Assembly (NCBI RefSeq): GCF_006345805.1
Contig: NC_043001.1
Span: forward strand, 57,040,001-57,104,000
Direction of reading: 5' to 3'
DNA: 64,000 bases
Source of the DNA: Octopus sinensis
Lineage: Eukaryota
The stretch's first letter is position 1; each line of letters opens with the position of its first letter. This document shows positions 1 through 12,192 of the stretch, in pieces. The translations under genes were made by a program, and so were the position numbers. The notes below the pieces were generated by a model, which was given only the letters and a program-made list of their open reading frames with translations, ran no database searches and had not been told where the DNA came from.

Positions 1-745
1 AAAAATGTATTGGACTACAGGACATGTCAAGGTGTTAATGGCTTCGATGCAATTTTTCGAGCTGAGTTCAGTTTTGAGTATAAGTCGACAGTAGTCGTAC
101 TCCTTCCTTATTTTTACCTTCATAGTTGCAGTTGTATACCATCTCATTCGCATATCTCTAGACATTTATAACTTTTGTTCTGTGTCGAGTTTCTTGATTG
201 TAGCATCGGTTTGTAATTTAATGGAAGCTGTTTGTCTGAGCGTGCCTCTTACAAAAGCTATTTTAGCACATTTATGCAGGCCAGAATCCATTCCAGTATC
301 ATTGCTAAACTCTTAAAAAGTTGTTAGTAGCATTACTAGTTCTTGGTTATTTCTAGCAAAGTGTTTCAGATCGCCCATATAAAACAGACGGTTTGTTATA
401 ATTTTATAAACTTTGTAATCATACCTGATGTTATTCAGTCCCTTTGAGAGTGGGATGAGTGCCATGCAAAAGAGTAATGGAGAGTGGGAGTCACCTTGAA
501 AGATGTCTGGTTTGATGTTGATGTTGGATTGGCTCATGCCCTTACTATGTTTTGGAAGGAGGCGAGTGTTCCACCTAGCTATGCTACCTTGTAAGAATTC
601 GGAAAAATCTCATATATCTGAAGGGCCATGTGTAACCAATTATGTGTGACACTATCAAACACTTTTCTGTAGTCTATCCTTGCCATTGCTTCGGCAATTC
701 TCTACAGTAATTTTATTCATGAACAATTGATCTTTAATATGAATA
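1..745 (-). mobile_element. R4/Dong-like (RLE-clade) non-LTR retrotransposon reverse-transcriptase fragment, decayed
   Basis: Minus-strand translation gives successive RT motifs: KDQLFMNK (~745-720), AMARIDYRKVFDSVTHNW (~695-640), IFQGDSHSPLLFCMALIPLS and YMGDLK (ORF 313-537, degenerate YMDD), FSNDTGMDSGLHKCAK (~312-260). Stops and frameshifts are present. Confidence 0.85.
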
Positions 746-748
746 TGG

Positions 749-1934
749 TTACAAAACTTCTTTGTAGACGGTATTTTGTGTGCGGTCGACGCTAATTTTT
801 AAGTTACTGGAGTCCGTTGCTCTACTCATAGCGATGTATAACTGGCCATGTGTAAGCATTGGAGTGGGTAAAAATACACCTACACGATCTAAAGTCTGGT
901 CCCGTGCCCTGTTTGATGTGAATGAGAATGCCAGTTTTATAGGAAATTGCCTACCTCTTAATTGGAACGGAAACCGGTTATCGGTTGGTATAAGGGGTAT
1001 CTGCGGAATGAACAGGCGTTTACCATTGTGGGGGTCTGTTGCTTTGATAAGATTGGCATTTAGTTCTGCTACCGTGTGTCTTGTTCCATTGCAGTGTCCA
1101 ATCACTGGATCAAAATACCTAAGGAACATTATCGGACATTTTTATCTACAGCATATTGATGTAAAAGTCTTCTACTTCGCATAATATGATTATCCGAATT
1201 AGTTCTTACCTGCAGATGGTATGCGTAAAAAAAGCCATTATCGTTTACTTGTACTTGCACTTGTCTTGATTTTCAGCGAGCTAGAGTGTTCCTTATCTGG
1301 TTCGAAGCTCTCACTTGAGGATTTTTCGTGCTATTTGACGAGCTAGCGTATCCCTACTCTGTTATCACGCTCTCACTTCTGTATTACGGCAAATTCTATG
1401 AGCTTCCGTATCCTTATTCTGTTGGGCTTCTCTGTATTCACTGGTGGATTGTCTCTTACTTTTGATAGCGGCAGCTTTCCTGGTAGTCCTACCAATTCCT
1501 GATTTCCGTTTCCAGGTCATAATGACGTGGAACGAAGGAAAATTTAATAAAGCATTACACAACTTTATGCATACAATCGTTATTGACAAAATTCGTAGTA
1601 GTCACCAATTAAAGATGAGCCAAAACACCACAATGATTCCTTAATAAAGCTTTTGACGTAATCCAGTGGAAAAATAAGTTGATTTACTTCCCTTTGCTTC
1701 TTATATTGCGAGTTATCACCCCTTACTTTTTTATTTACTTTGTTTACAGCCGTAAACTGAAACATTACCTTCAATATTCACTAGATGATCATATTTTTTT
1801 CACATTGTTTTCGCTAAAATCCTGCCTGATTACCTCTTTAGTAATCCCGAAAAACATCTTGACCACTGGTCCAGCCGTTTGACCGCCAGGAGGGTACAGA
1901 CAGACATATGGACATTACGCTCATTAAAGTATGA
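749..1934 (-). mobile_element. Internally deleted Helitron (5' end plus three non-contiguous RepHel segments)
   Basis: 5' terminus A|TCATACTTTAATGAGCG at 1934; N-terminal basic segment WKRKSGIGRTTRKAAAIK (ORF 1365-1589); Rep-region segment YAYHLQVRTNSDNHIMRSRRLLHQYAVD (1144-1230); PIF1 helicase C-terminus PIMFLRYFDP..GHCNGTR..QFPIKLAFSFTSNRARDQTL..THGQLYIAMSR..NTVYKEVL* (749-1135). No CTRR 3' end is visible. Confidence 0.85.
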
Positions 1935-2310
1935 TTAGTATTATCATTTATTGTCTTTGCTGGAGATGTACTACGCTGCCAGCTGTTCACAACCAGTGAA
2001 CTATGGTAACACCCCTTATTTTCGAGCAACATCCGGGATATTCAAGCGGTTCCAAGCAGTGCTGTTTTCTGAAAGTCCTCCACCTTTATTGTAGCTCCTA
2101 TTTGTTCCACGTACTGCTTAAGATTTTTAATCTCTGTTCCCAGGGCTCCTACAATTATTGGTACTACAACCACCTTTTTCAGCGACCACAACTGATTAAC
2201 CTCCCAAACTAAACCTGTCATATCTATCGACTTTTCTTTCTTCCTGGGCATGCTATATCTATGACCCAGCATCGTTTGCTTTCTTTCTCAATTAACACTA
2301 TGTCTGGTTT
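1935..2310 (-). mobile_element. 3' end of an R4/Dong-like LINE (restriction-like endonuclease C-terminus plus 3' UTR)
   Basis: ORF 2042-2272 contains WEVNQLWSLKKVVVVPIIVGALG...FQKTALLGTA, typical of the RLE-domain C-terminus. It is followed by a short UTR and an AAT-like tail near 1935-1950. Confidence 0.8.
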
Positions 2311-2496
2311 CCTACATTATTTACATTATTTACATTTGACGGATATTTATCCTCATCTTGTTTGTTGTTAACACAACACTTCGGCTGATATACCCTCCAG
2401 CCTTCATCAGGTGTTTTGGAGAAATTTCGAACCTGGGTTCTCATTCCTAAGGTATTTTTCGATGTTACTATTATTATTATTATTATTATTATTATG

Positions 2497-2543
<47 letters not shown>

Positions 2544-2583
2544 AAAAAAATTTTTTATTACTTTTAACCACTACGCCATATGC
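2310..2583 (-). mobile_element. SINE-like element: truncated tRNA-like head, (AAT)n, hammerhead-like motif and (GTAAATAAT)n tail
   Basis: The minus strand reads gcatatggcgtagtggttaa (A-box-like), an (AAT)n tract, aacacCTGATGAAGGCTG-gagggtatat-CAGCCGAAgtGTTgtgtt (2415-2370), then a tail of tgtaaataa repeats. Confidence 0.6.
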
Positions 2584-2589
2584 TCGTGG

Positions 2590-2735
2590 GCATATGGCGT
2601 AGTGGTTAAGTGTGTGGGCTACTAACTCCAATATTCCGAGTTCGATTCCAGGTAGTGGCCTGAATAATAATAATAATAACAATAATAATAATAATATAAT
2701 AATAATAATAATAATATAATAATAATAATAATAAT
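2590..2735 (+). mobile_element. tRNA-derived SINE head followed by (AAT)n
   Basis: A-box-like TGGCGTAGTGGTTAA (2595-2609) and B-box-like GAGTTCGATTCC (2638-2649), then about 70 nt of AAT repeats. It is head-to-head with the minus-strand copy. Confidence 0.7.
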
Positions 2736-2796
2736 TGCTCTGATGCAGTATCAGGCAGTGGCTCTCATGGCTTCTAATCTTAACTGATTGGAAGCG

Positions 2797-4435
2797 TGCA
2801 GTTCATGACTCTCTGGAAAGGCATTCAACCAGAGGTCAGGAATTTTGCCATTCCTGGAGACTTCCATTTGCTTAACCTCTTGAGAGCAGATATTACATCC
2901 ACTAACTTGATACACTCCCACTTTTATTCTTCTAAGGAGTCTAAGTCACTAGATATCCTATCAATGCAAGGGGACTTTTTATTGTGCGTTTTTTCTTCTG
3001 TCCAAAATTTATTGCAAAATCCTGCACTTATTTTGATGGGATAGACTTTACTGTAACTGGTATTTTCCCTATCCTTCTGTAAAAAATTTTTGGATTATAC
3101 TTGTACATATTGTTCATCTTGAAAAATCTTGCGCACTTTTCACACCTTGCTATGTTGAATACACTCTTGTCAAGTAGGCTTTTTTGCAGGAATGTTGTTT
3201 TCTAATCTTTTCACCACATAGAATCGTTGAGATTTTCGTGGATGCATATTACAGGTGGTTAAGATCTGTAATATCAACACCATTAGCTGAAATTATATCC
3301 TTAAGTGCAAGGCGGATTTTACCAATTATTGTCAGGTTTGGGTTAGAATTGCAAATTTTTGGGAGAGTATTACATTCATTCATATTGGTTTCTTTAATTT
3401 TCTGCCATTCAATCATGAATTGATTTTTTAGCTCATGTAGTTCTGTTGGGTCAATTTATGTGTGACTTTCTTCATCTATTTGATTTTCATTTGCCTTAGT
3501 ATTTATGGTTAGTTCAGAGAGTATTTCACTTTGCTTATCTGTTACATTAACTCTTTCAATCATTACTGCATTTTCTCAGCCCTAGGCTGGTCTATAATTA
3601 TTTCCTCTTTAGCATCTTCTTTAGCTGCAGCTTCGTTCCTTTTATCCCTTACTGATTGTTTAATTTGGCCAATGTCAAATTCCTTTAGTAATTTATTTTT
3701 CATAATGTTTCTTCTGTTGTTTGGAAGTTTGTTACTGTCTATGGAGGGTTTTACTTCAAGGTGTTTCTGTCTCAAGTTTAAAAAGGTTTGTACAGTATTA
3801 GATTTATTTGTTGGGAAGATATGGCATAATAGAAGGCCATAAGATCCTCTCCCATTGAACATTTTTCATTCCTTTTCCTTTGGTTATTTGATGATGAGCG
3901 TGAATGGCCATCTTTTAGAATATTCCAGTTGTGGGGTACTGCCAGCTCCTGTGTTTCTGGAAGATTTGAATCAGTAACTGATTTTTGGAATAGAATCTGG
4001 TTCATTATTCGAGTACGTGGTCTTTGGTGTTCCGGGTGACGACAATTCGGTTTCTATTTTACTTTGTTATCGTTGAGCCGTGCGTGTATGTGTGTCCTTT
4101 AAATTTCACGTAGTTGTATAAACGTTGGGATGTATGGTTATGAAAACGTATATATGATTTTGTAGACATTCGAATGCATGCGTAATTACTCAATTTATGG
4201 ACTTAGTTTTGCACCATTTATATTTTATAATTTGCAAACTTTCCAATATTGATTTAGCGTGTGTGATGCGCACATACTTCACTGACACATCGAGCATAGG
4301 AGAAACTGTGCTTTGTAGTGCAGTAAAATTTCGATTTTGTGATTATTTTCCTTAAAAGACCGCTTCCTTCAGATCTTCCACAGGTTCTTTTATCCCATTC
4401 CACCGATGTTGTACAACGACAACATTGGTGGAATG
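2797..4435 (-). mobile_element. 5' half of an R4/Dong-like LINE (5' UTR, N-terminal region, start of RT), 3'-truncated
   Basis: ORF 3563-3862 LNLRQKHLEVKPSIDSNKLPNNRRNIMKNKLLKEFDIGQIK resembles the Dong/R4 N-terminal motif. VDVISALKRLSKWKSPG near 2850-2900 is the pre-RT motif. The element begins directly after an (AAT)n tract. Confidence 0.7.
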
Positions 4436-4473
<38 letters not shown>

Positions 4474-4479
4474 GTTATT

Positions 4480-5000
4480 GAGTGAGAGAGCAGTGCATGA
4501 CATCGAACTGACACTGGGGTAAAATATACGAAGCCCAGTATACCCATCATGACTACTCGTCTGATAAGGGTACACCAGGTGCATGCATCAAAACCATATG
4601 TGCACGACAAGGTGATTTCATATCAAGGTAAATACCGCATGAACTTGCAGGTGGGGCTCATTTAGAATTTTCTTCAGGTTGAAGGCCATCGCGCTCAAAT
4701 GGTCCCTGAATAAGGGTTGTTTAAGGTGAATTATCCAAACCTCCGAGAATTCCTTTCAACACATGGCTATGACGCTCCCCCACTACTTCTGATCATGATC
4801 AGACATGCACATATCGTCAGCCAGTAAGGGACATGGTCAACTGGTTAAAGACAAACAACTGACAAGCAAATCTGTGGCATTGAGCAGAATATTTGCTGTA
4901 GCCCATCTTTTATACCAAGACAAAACAACGTACATGATAACACTTCCAATCTGTTAAGATCAGAAGGCATGAGAGCCCCTGTCTGGTACTGCATCAGGGT
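4480..5000 (-). mobile_element. ~520-bp non-coding element flanked by (AAT)n on both sides, copy 1
   Basis: Colinear and similar to 7160-7657; its first ~60 nt recur at 2737-2796 (+). It starts ..ccctgatgcagtaccag and ends cactgctctctcactc(AAT)n. Confidence 0.75.
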
Positions 5001-5014
5001 ATTTATTATTATTA

Positions 5015-5070
<56 letters not shown>

Positions 5071-5214
5071 GTTGTTGTTGTTGTTGTTGTTTTTGTTATT
5101 ATTATTATCATTATTATCATTATTATTATTATTATTATTATTGTTATTATTATTATCATAACTTCCGTAGTGTTATTAATGAATTTTTTAAAAATCATCC
5201 ATGTACATGTTTAT

Positions 5215-7110
5215 GGTTGTCCATAGCATTCATAGCCCATGGTAGTTTCATTTAACAAGTTTGTTGGAGGGGTCAGAGCAAGGCAGAAGAGCAATAGAAA
5301 ATCTCTCTTCTTATGTGTATAGGACTAGTGATTCATTTTTCAGAGTTATATTGTTTTTCCAGTATGTCATTGCATGATTGATATATTTTCGTAGAGTTGG
5401 GTCTACCTTATTGGTGCGGAGAAATTCCGGTGTTCATGAGTGTGGAAAACTGACGAGTGCTTTCTGGGAATCAATCCAAGGCATGTTGAGGTTTGTCTTT
5501 CTTCTCTTACATCCTCTATAATGGCTTGGTTTACCAGAAGTTGCTCCTTACATCCAGAAATCCGTCTCCAGCAAACCTTGTGTTCTTGTGGTAAAGCATT
5601 GTTGCTTTCCAGATGTATAATATGCCGGCAGCAGGTAACTGATACGAGAGTTTTGTAGATTATTGATAGGAATGCTATTGGCCTATAATATTTTGTGGGT
5701 GTACGGTGTTTTTATTTATGGTGGTGGTTGGGGTGGTACTAGGATAGTTTTTCCCTCAAAAACCCAGTTTGGTGTTGATTCTGACTTGCTAATTAATAAA
5801 TTAAACGCTGCTGCTAAATGGGTTTGGGTACTGGTGAGGTATTACAGCCAGAATTTGGGGATCTTGTCTAATCCTTGAGCTTTCCAACTACAGGCAGTCC
5901 TTTGTGTTTCCGCAATTTCTTGGCTTGTGATTGTGGGGCATACCGTGGTGCTACTTTGCTCTTACTTTCCTTTTCCCTATTTACCCACTGAACGTTATTG
6001 TTGTATCCATGTCGTCTATTGAAGTATTTTTTGTTTAACTTTCTGTAAAATATTTTCCTGCTTATTTTTAATTCTCTATTTTCTTTGAAGAAACGTTTCC
6101 GTATTTCGCTGTTATACCATGCTTAATATTTTTTCTGTTACCTTGCTGGTATCTTCTTAATTTTTCCTGTATATGTTGTTGTGTATGTCTTGATTATATT
6201 TTTCTTGTTTGATCCCTCTTTATCTAATTCATAGCGTAGCGATAGTCTTTCTTTCCGTTCTTTCTATCTTGTTATTATGTTCTACTTCCATTTTGGGGTT
6301 TGAGATTTGGCTGCGTTTTTTTTTATCGTCGAAAGGTTCACGTCTAGTTTCCCTGGATATCATTACAGCTGTTGCGTAGATCAGGTCGTTCAGTTTGTTG
6401 ATATCTAGGGAATCGTTTGATGCGATCATTATTACGTGTAGGGCTCTGGTGTGTCTATAAATCCTTTCACAGAGCTGTCTACTATTTGTAGTCTGGTGAG
6501 ACGTTTACGCTGACTCTATATTTATCGACTTTGTGATGTCTCTGTTCTATTTGTGTTATTTCTTCTGTAGATTCGTCCCCATCGTCGATTACAGCTGGTC
6601 TGTCATGGTGTGTGTTATTTTGTTTTTGTTGATGTTTTGTGTTTCAGTATTTGCTTCTTTATGTCTGTTGTAGGTTTGGTGTGCTCTACTATTTCTGGTT
6701 TTGGTAACTGTGTAGTAATTGTACATTCTTTTAGCCTTTTATTTGCTGTATGCATTCTTACCTCTGTTGTGTATCTGTCATTTATTTCAAGGAGACTTAT
6801 GGGTTTTCGGAGATATAACGTCTGATGTGATATGCTGCTTGATTGCAGCCCGATGTTTTGAGGTGTGAGATGTTTTGTTTTATTATTAATGTGTATTATT
6901 TTCTATTTATTTGTCTTTTTCGGCCTGGGAGACTTTTCTCTCTCGCAGTTCACCGTTCTCTTTTGGTTTTCTGTTTCGCCTTGCATTGACAAAAAGAAAG
7001 AGATCTGTCCGTTCAGTGGCAGAACATCGTCTCTGGACGCATGCAATGGATTCTTTGGTACCATGATCGCCTGAGACACACAGATCGAAATCCACCTTTG
7101 TTGTGGTTGT
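5215..7110 (-). mobile_element. Second R4/Dong-like LINE fragment (5' UTR to RT, with internal deletions)
   Basis: ORF 6229-6429 LDINKLNDLIYATAVMIS is a Dong/R4 N-terminal motif. LLFCLALTPPTNLLNE..GYE near 5225-5300 is an RT motif. The 5' end abuts an AAT-like tract at 7110-7160. Confidence 0.7.
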
Positions 7111-7159
7111 CGTTATTAGTATTATTTTTATTATTATTGTTATTAATATTATTATTATT

Positions 7160-7657
7160 GAGTGAGAGAGCAGTGATTGCCATAAAGGTGACACTGGGGT
7201 AAAATATATGAAGCCCAGTATATCCATCATGACTACCCGTTTGATAAGGGTACACCAGGCGCATGAGTTTGCAGGTGGGGTCCAGTTAGAATTTTCTTCA
7301 AGTTGAGTAGCCCATCCCATTCAAAAAGTTCCTGAATAAGGGTGGTTTAAGGATGTTAAACGAAACACCCTTATTTCCAATGCTGAATTGTCAAAACCCC
7401 AAAGAGTTCCTCTCAACACATGGGTATGGTGCTCCCCTACTACTTCTGCTTGTGATCAAAGATGTACATATCGTCAGCCTCTAAGGGATATGCTCAACAA
7501 GTTAAGGTCAAACAACTGACAAGCACATCTGTAGTATTGAGCAGAATATTTGCTGTAGCCCATCTTTTATACCAAGGTAAAACAATGCACATGATAACAC
7601 TTCCAATCAGTTCAGATTAGAAGCCATGAGAGCCACTGCCTGGTACTGCATCAAGGT
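7160..7657 (-). mobile_element. ~500-bp non-coding (AAT)n-tailed element, copy 2
   Basis: Homologous along its length to 4480-5000, with a small internal deletion. Confidence 0.75.
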
Positions 7658-7658
7658 A

Positions 7659-7867
7659 CGGCGAGCTGGCAGAAAAATTAGCACTCCGGGCGAAATGCGT
7701 AGCCGTATTTCGTCTGCCGTTACGTTCTGAGTTCAAATTCCGCCAGGGTCTACTTCACCTTTCATCCTTTCGGGGTCGATTAAATAAGTACCAGTTACGC
7801 CAGGGGTCGATATAATCGACTTAATCCGTTTGTTTGTCCTTGTTTGTCCCCTCTGTGTATAGCCCTT
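7659..7867 (+). mobile_element. tRNA-derived SINE (same family as 52033-53003)
   Basis: ggcgagctggcagaa head, B-box GAGTTCAAATTCC, central cctttcatcctttcggggtcgattaaataagtaccagt, and an (ATT)n tract downstream. Confidence 0.85.
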
Positions 7868-8041
<174 letters not shown>

Positions 8042-8899
8042 GTGAATACATATGTATACTTATGCTTCTATCTAAACATATGTATGTTTATATATATATA
8101 CAAATGTCTCATTGTTTCTTCGTTTCTTTTCTTTCTTTCGTTCTCTCTCTCACTCGCTATTGAAAAGAAAGCACTGAATGGATATTGTCATGTGCATTAA
8201 TTCTTTCCCACATATGCACATAAATCCACAATCTCTTGCTATTCTGAATTTACTGTTTCTCGCAGTTTCATTCATTTCTGCAATCGACGCCAAAGACGGA
8301 GTGGCAATTCGGTGAAACAGTAGATTGCAACGAATTAATGAATATATAGATACATAGACATGTGTGATTATGTGTATGAGTGTTTTATAGAAGTATGTCA
8401 CCCTCATTGTACTTTTAAACAAAAACACACATCAACATACGCATATACACACTTACAGGTACACGTACGCATGCATTCACTTGTATGAGTGTTTATGTCC
8501 ACATGTACATGTGTGTGTATGTATGTGTATGTGTGTGTGTGTGTGTGTGTGCGTGTTTGTACTGTAAATCAGGCAAACAACACAGAAAAGTCACGACAAT
8601 ACAAATTTAAAAAATATATATATGTATACGAAAAAAAACCCCATCAAAAGCAAAGCTGTAGAATACAATATTTCATCACAGAAGTCTCGTTACAGATATA
8701 ATAATGCACACACATCAATGCAAGCAAGCACATTGCAATGTATACATTTATGCTAATATATTCTGCTTGCAGCTCGAACGAAAATAGAAAAGCATGTCCT
8801 AATTTTCAGTGGTAATTCTACTATATCATGGTTTCCTAGCTTGCGTTTGTCTTTTGTGATAATTTAATCAATAAACACTTTTACAGAGAAGGAGACACA

Positions 8900-8903
8900 A
8901 AGA

Positions 8904-8955
<52 letters not shown>

Positions 8956-9156
8956 GAAATGAGGTACTCAGAAATTCGGATGGTTTTATATGTGTGTATG
9001 TATATATATAGAACAAAGGATATGTATAATATATATATATATATATTATCACATATATTCTCAGTCGAATATGCACGCACACGCACAAGTAAAGTTCATG
9101 CATACAAACAAACACGGATGTTCGTATCTGTGTGTACACGTGCACACACACACACT

Positions 9157-9210
<54 letters not shown>

Positions 9211-9230
9211 CACAGGTGGATAGATATGTA

Positions 9231-9274
<44 letters not shown>

Positions 9275-9464
9275 CACATATATATACATATGTACATATA
9301 CAAATCTATGTACATATATATTTGTATATATGAAGGCATAACTGTATATGCATTCATATAATTCCTGCCTACACGCCTAGTCATACATGTATACATACAT
9401 AAAAATATATATGTACGAATGAATGTATACGAATATATATATGTATGTGTGTTTGTATATATAT

Positions 9465-9522
<58 letters not shown>

Positions 9523-9557
9523 GATAAATAGGTAGATAGATAGATAGATAGATAGAT

Positions 9558-9622
<65 letters not shown>

Positions 9623-9660
9623 TAGATAAATAAATATAAAATATGTTTGTATAACATATG
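8900..9660. repeat. Compound (TA)n/(CA)n/(GATA)n microsatellite field
   Basis: Direct reading; it accounts for the YIYI/IYLS-type ORFs here. Confidence 0.9.
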
Positions 9661-10330
9661 TATACGTAGTAATACATACAAATATACTATGTATTTATAT
9701 ATCCAGAAGTTTCGTATGTAATTTTCGGACAGAATGGTATATTACTGTTGGGAATGTTTCAATATTATCAGAGATGTAAAAATAACATTCTAAACGTTCG
9801 GACACTAGAAGGACACTCAATTTCATCAAGGGGCTCAGTGGATTGTTTGTTTAGGACTGATGGGGAAAAAAACTGTCATAGAGTTCAGTCGCTCGGTATT
9901 CGAAAATTTAAACCGAAAAGGATTAACAACTGAGAGTTGTTCCGTAATATTCTCCTTCCAAATCCAAATTATAATTCACATTCATACCTATATTATTTGG
10001 TACTTTGGTTTAGTGCGTTAATACTGAAATGGCAATCTGGAGAAGCTGATGTTTTCAGAAAATATCAACCAGTAAACACGTATGCCGTAAACACAATGTA
10101 CAAGCGGAACAATAATTACAAGACATTTCTCAATATAAAAAAATGCGAATTTGTTTTGTTATCTACATTCCAATAACGGGGTTTGCATTTGTTAGATACT
10201 AGCTCCCTCCTAACAAGAAGAATTTAAATAATTAGGAATAGTAATGAGTATACGCATATCTTCATTATATGCTATGCACCTATACAAAACTATTTATACT
10301 AACTTATACCAATTATTACTATCAGAATTA

Positions 10331-10548
10331 AGGCGGAAAACTGGCAGAATCATTAGCACTCCGAGGAAAATGCTTACCAGTATTTCGTTCGTCTTCATGT
10401 TCTGAGGTCAAATTCCGCCAACATTGACTTTGCGTTTTCTCCATTTTTGAGAATCGATGCAGCAAGTGCCAGTTGAGTACAGGGCTCTTTGTAATCGACT
10501 TACACCTTTCCCCGAAATTGCTGGCCTTGTACCCAAATTTGAAACCAA
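10331..10548 (+). mobile_element. Diverged tRNA-derived SINE
   Basis: aaggcggaaaactggcagaatcattagcac head, ctgaggtcaaattcc B-box, and a tail gctggccttgtacccaaatttgaaacc shared with 41105-41280 (-) and 51235-51440 (+). Confidence 0.7.
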
Positions 10549-11463
10549 TATCAGAAAGAGAATATCTCTTTGACTCATTATAACTCCTTCTTTCATAATC
10601 TTGTTTCATTGTATTCTAGCACTTAACTGTGTCGCATGGATAACAGTCTCTCTTAGAATCTCTTTGTTTCTTTATCTTTATTTTACTAACCGCCCCCCCC
10701 CCACATCATTTACTGTTCGTTAACTGTCCGATAGCTTTCTTTGTACTTTCAATCATTCGAATTTTTCGAATATTCTCTCTCTCTCTCTCACTCGCACTAT
10801 ATATATATATGTGCCCCAGCATGGCCACAGCTCATTAGCTGAAACTGGAAAAATCAAAATCAAAATCATATATGTCTTCATATCGATCGAGCGATCGATG
10901 TCTCAACCAATTTACACATGTATCTATTTACCTAAGTATGTGTCTACTTAACCCTCTGCTTATCTATCTGCATATAAGTATGTGTGCCTGTGTATATATG
11001 TGCTTGTGTGCGCGTAGTAAAAGCTGGATGACTCGTGTCTTATTACTTAAAGTTGCATAGTGCAGATAGGTATCTACATATATATGCTCAGCTCAAATGA
11101 GTATCTCCACCAATTCTAGAAATAGTTAACTGAGTTAACCTGTTCTTAATTACGTACACTACATCTAAATGAAATGAGTGATGATTATATTTCTGCTCGA
11201 AGACTTCTTTTATAATTTGTAGCTTATTTCTTTCACTCATTAAACTACAGCACTACAGAGGCATCGACTAAAATGATTAATTGGAACAAATAGACAACAT
11301 TACTTACTTTTCAAGCCTCGTACTTATTCCATCGGTCGCTTTTTCGGAAAAGCTAAGTTATATGACCGTAAACAAACCAATGTTGGTTGACAAGCAATGG
11401 TGAAGGACAAACTCATATCCACATACACACACGCACACACACATGCATACAAACACTCACACA

Positions 11464-11499
<36 letters not shown>

Positions 11500-11730
11500 T
11501 ACTCACACACAGGCACACACACGATGCGCTGCTTTCTGTTTCCATCAACTACATCTACTCACAAGATTTTGGTCAGCCCAAGACTATATTAGAAAGCACT
11601 TTCTCAGGGATACTGTACGCAGGGTCTGAACCGGGAGCCATATCGTCGAGAGTAAACCTCTTACTACAGCCATGCCACCACCCATATATATATAGGTGTA
11701 TATATCTGTGTGTGTGTATATATATATATA

Positions 11731-12045
11731 GGTTAAAAGGTAAAGACCCATATCGGGGGACCATGGAATTGCACCTAGAGTGTTCCCCTCCGACGTACAA
11801 GGTTGTTTATGGAAGACCAGCAGTCGCCCATGCATCCAAGCCTTCCCCTCTCCACACCACCAATGTTATCCGAGCGAAAGGTAAAACTCGATACTGCTTG
11901 TCTCCAGTGACGTCGCAACACATTTCTGCAGCTGGGTGAAATGGAGAAACATGAAATAAACTATCTTGCTCAAAAACACAACATGCAGATCTGTCTGGGA
12001 ATCGAACTCACAACCTCATGACTGTAAGCCCAATGCTCTAACCAC
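11731..12045 (-). mobile_element. tRNA-derived SINE with a LINE-like tail
   Basis: Minus-strand head gtggttagagcattgggcttacagtcatgaggttgtgagttcgattcccag (A/B boxes), followed by the tgtgtttttgagcaagatagtttatttca central domain. Confidence 0.7.
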
Positions 12046-12083
12046 TATATACATACATACATGCATACATACATACATATATG

Positions 12084-12179
<96 letters not shown>

Positions 12180-12192
12180 TATATCATATATA

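Noticed and set aside
678-700. ttgccgaagcaatggcaa hairpin as the 3' terminus of the 749-1934 Helitron
   Set aside because: It lies inside LINE RT coding sequence (..AMARIDYRKVFD) and no CTRR follows.
7060-7110. HDV-like ribozyme at the 5' end of the Dong-like LINE
   Set aside because: A possible P1 pairing exists, but the P3/L3 motif, the P1.1 GG and J4/2 could not be found.
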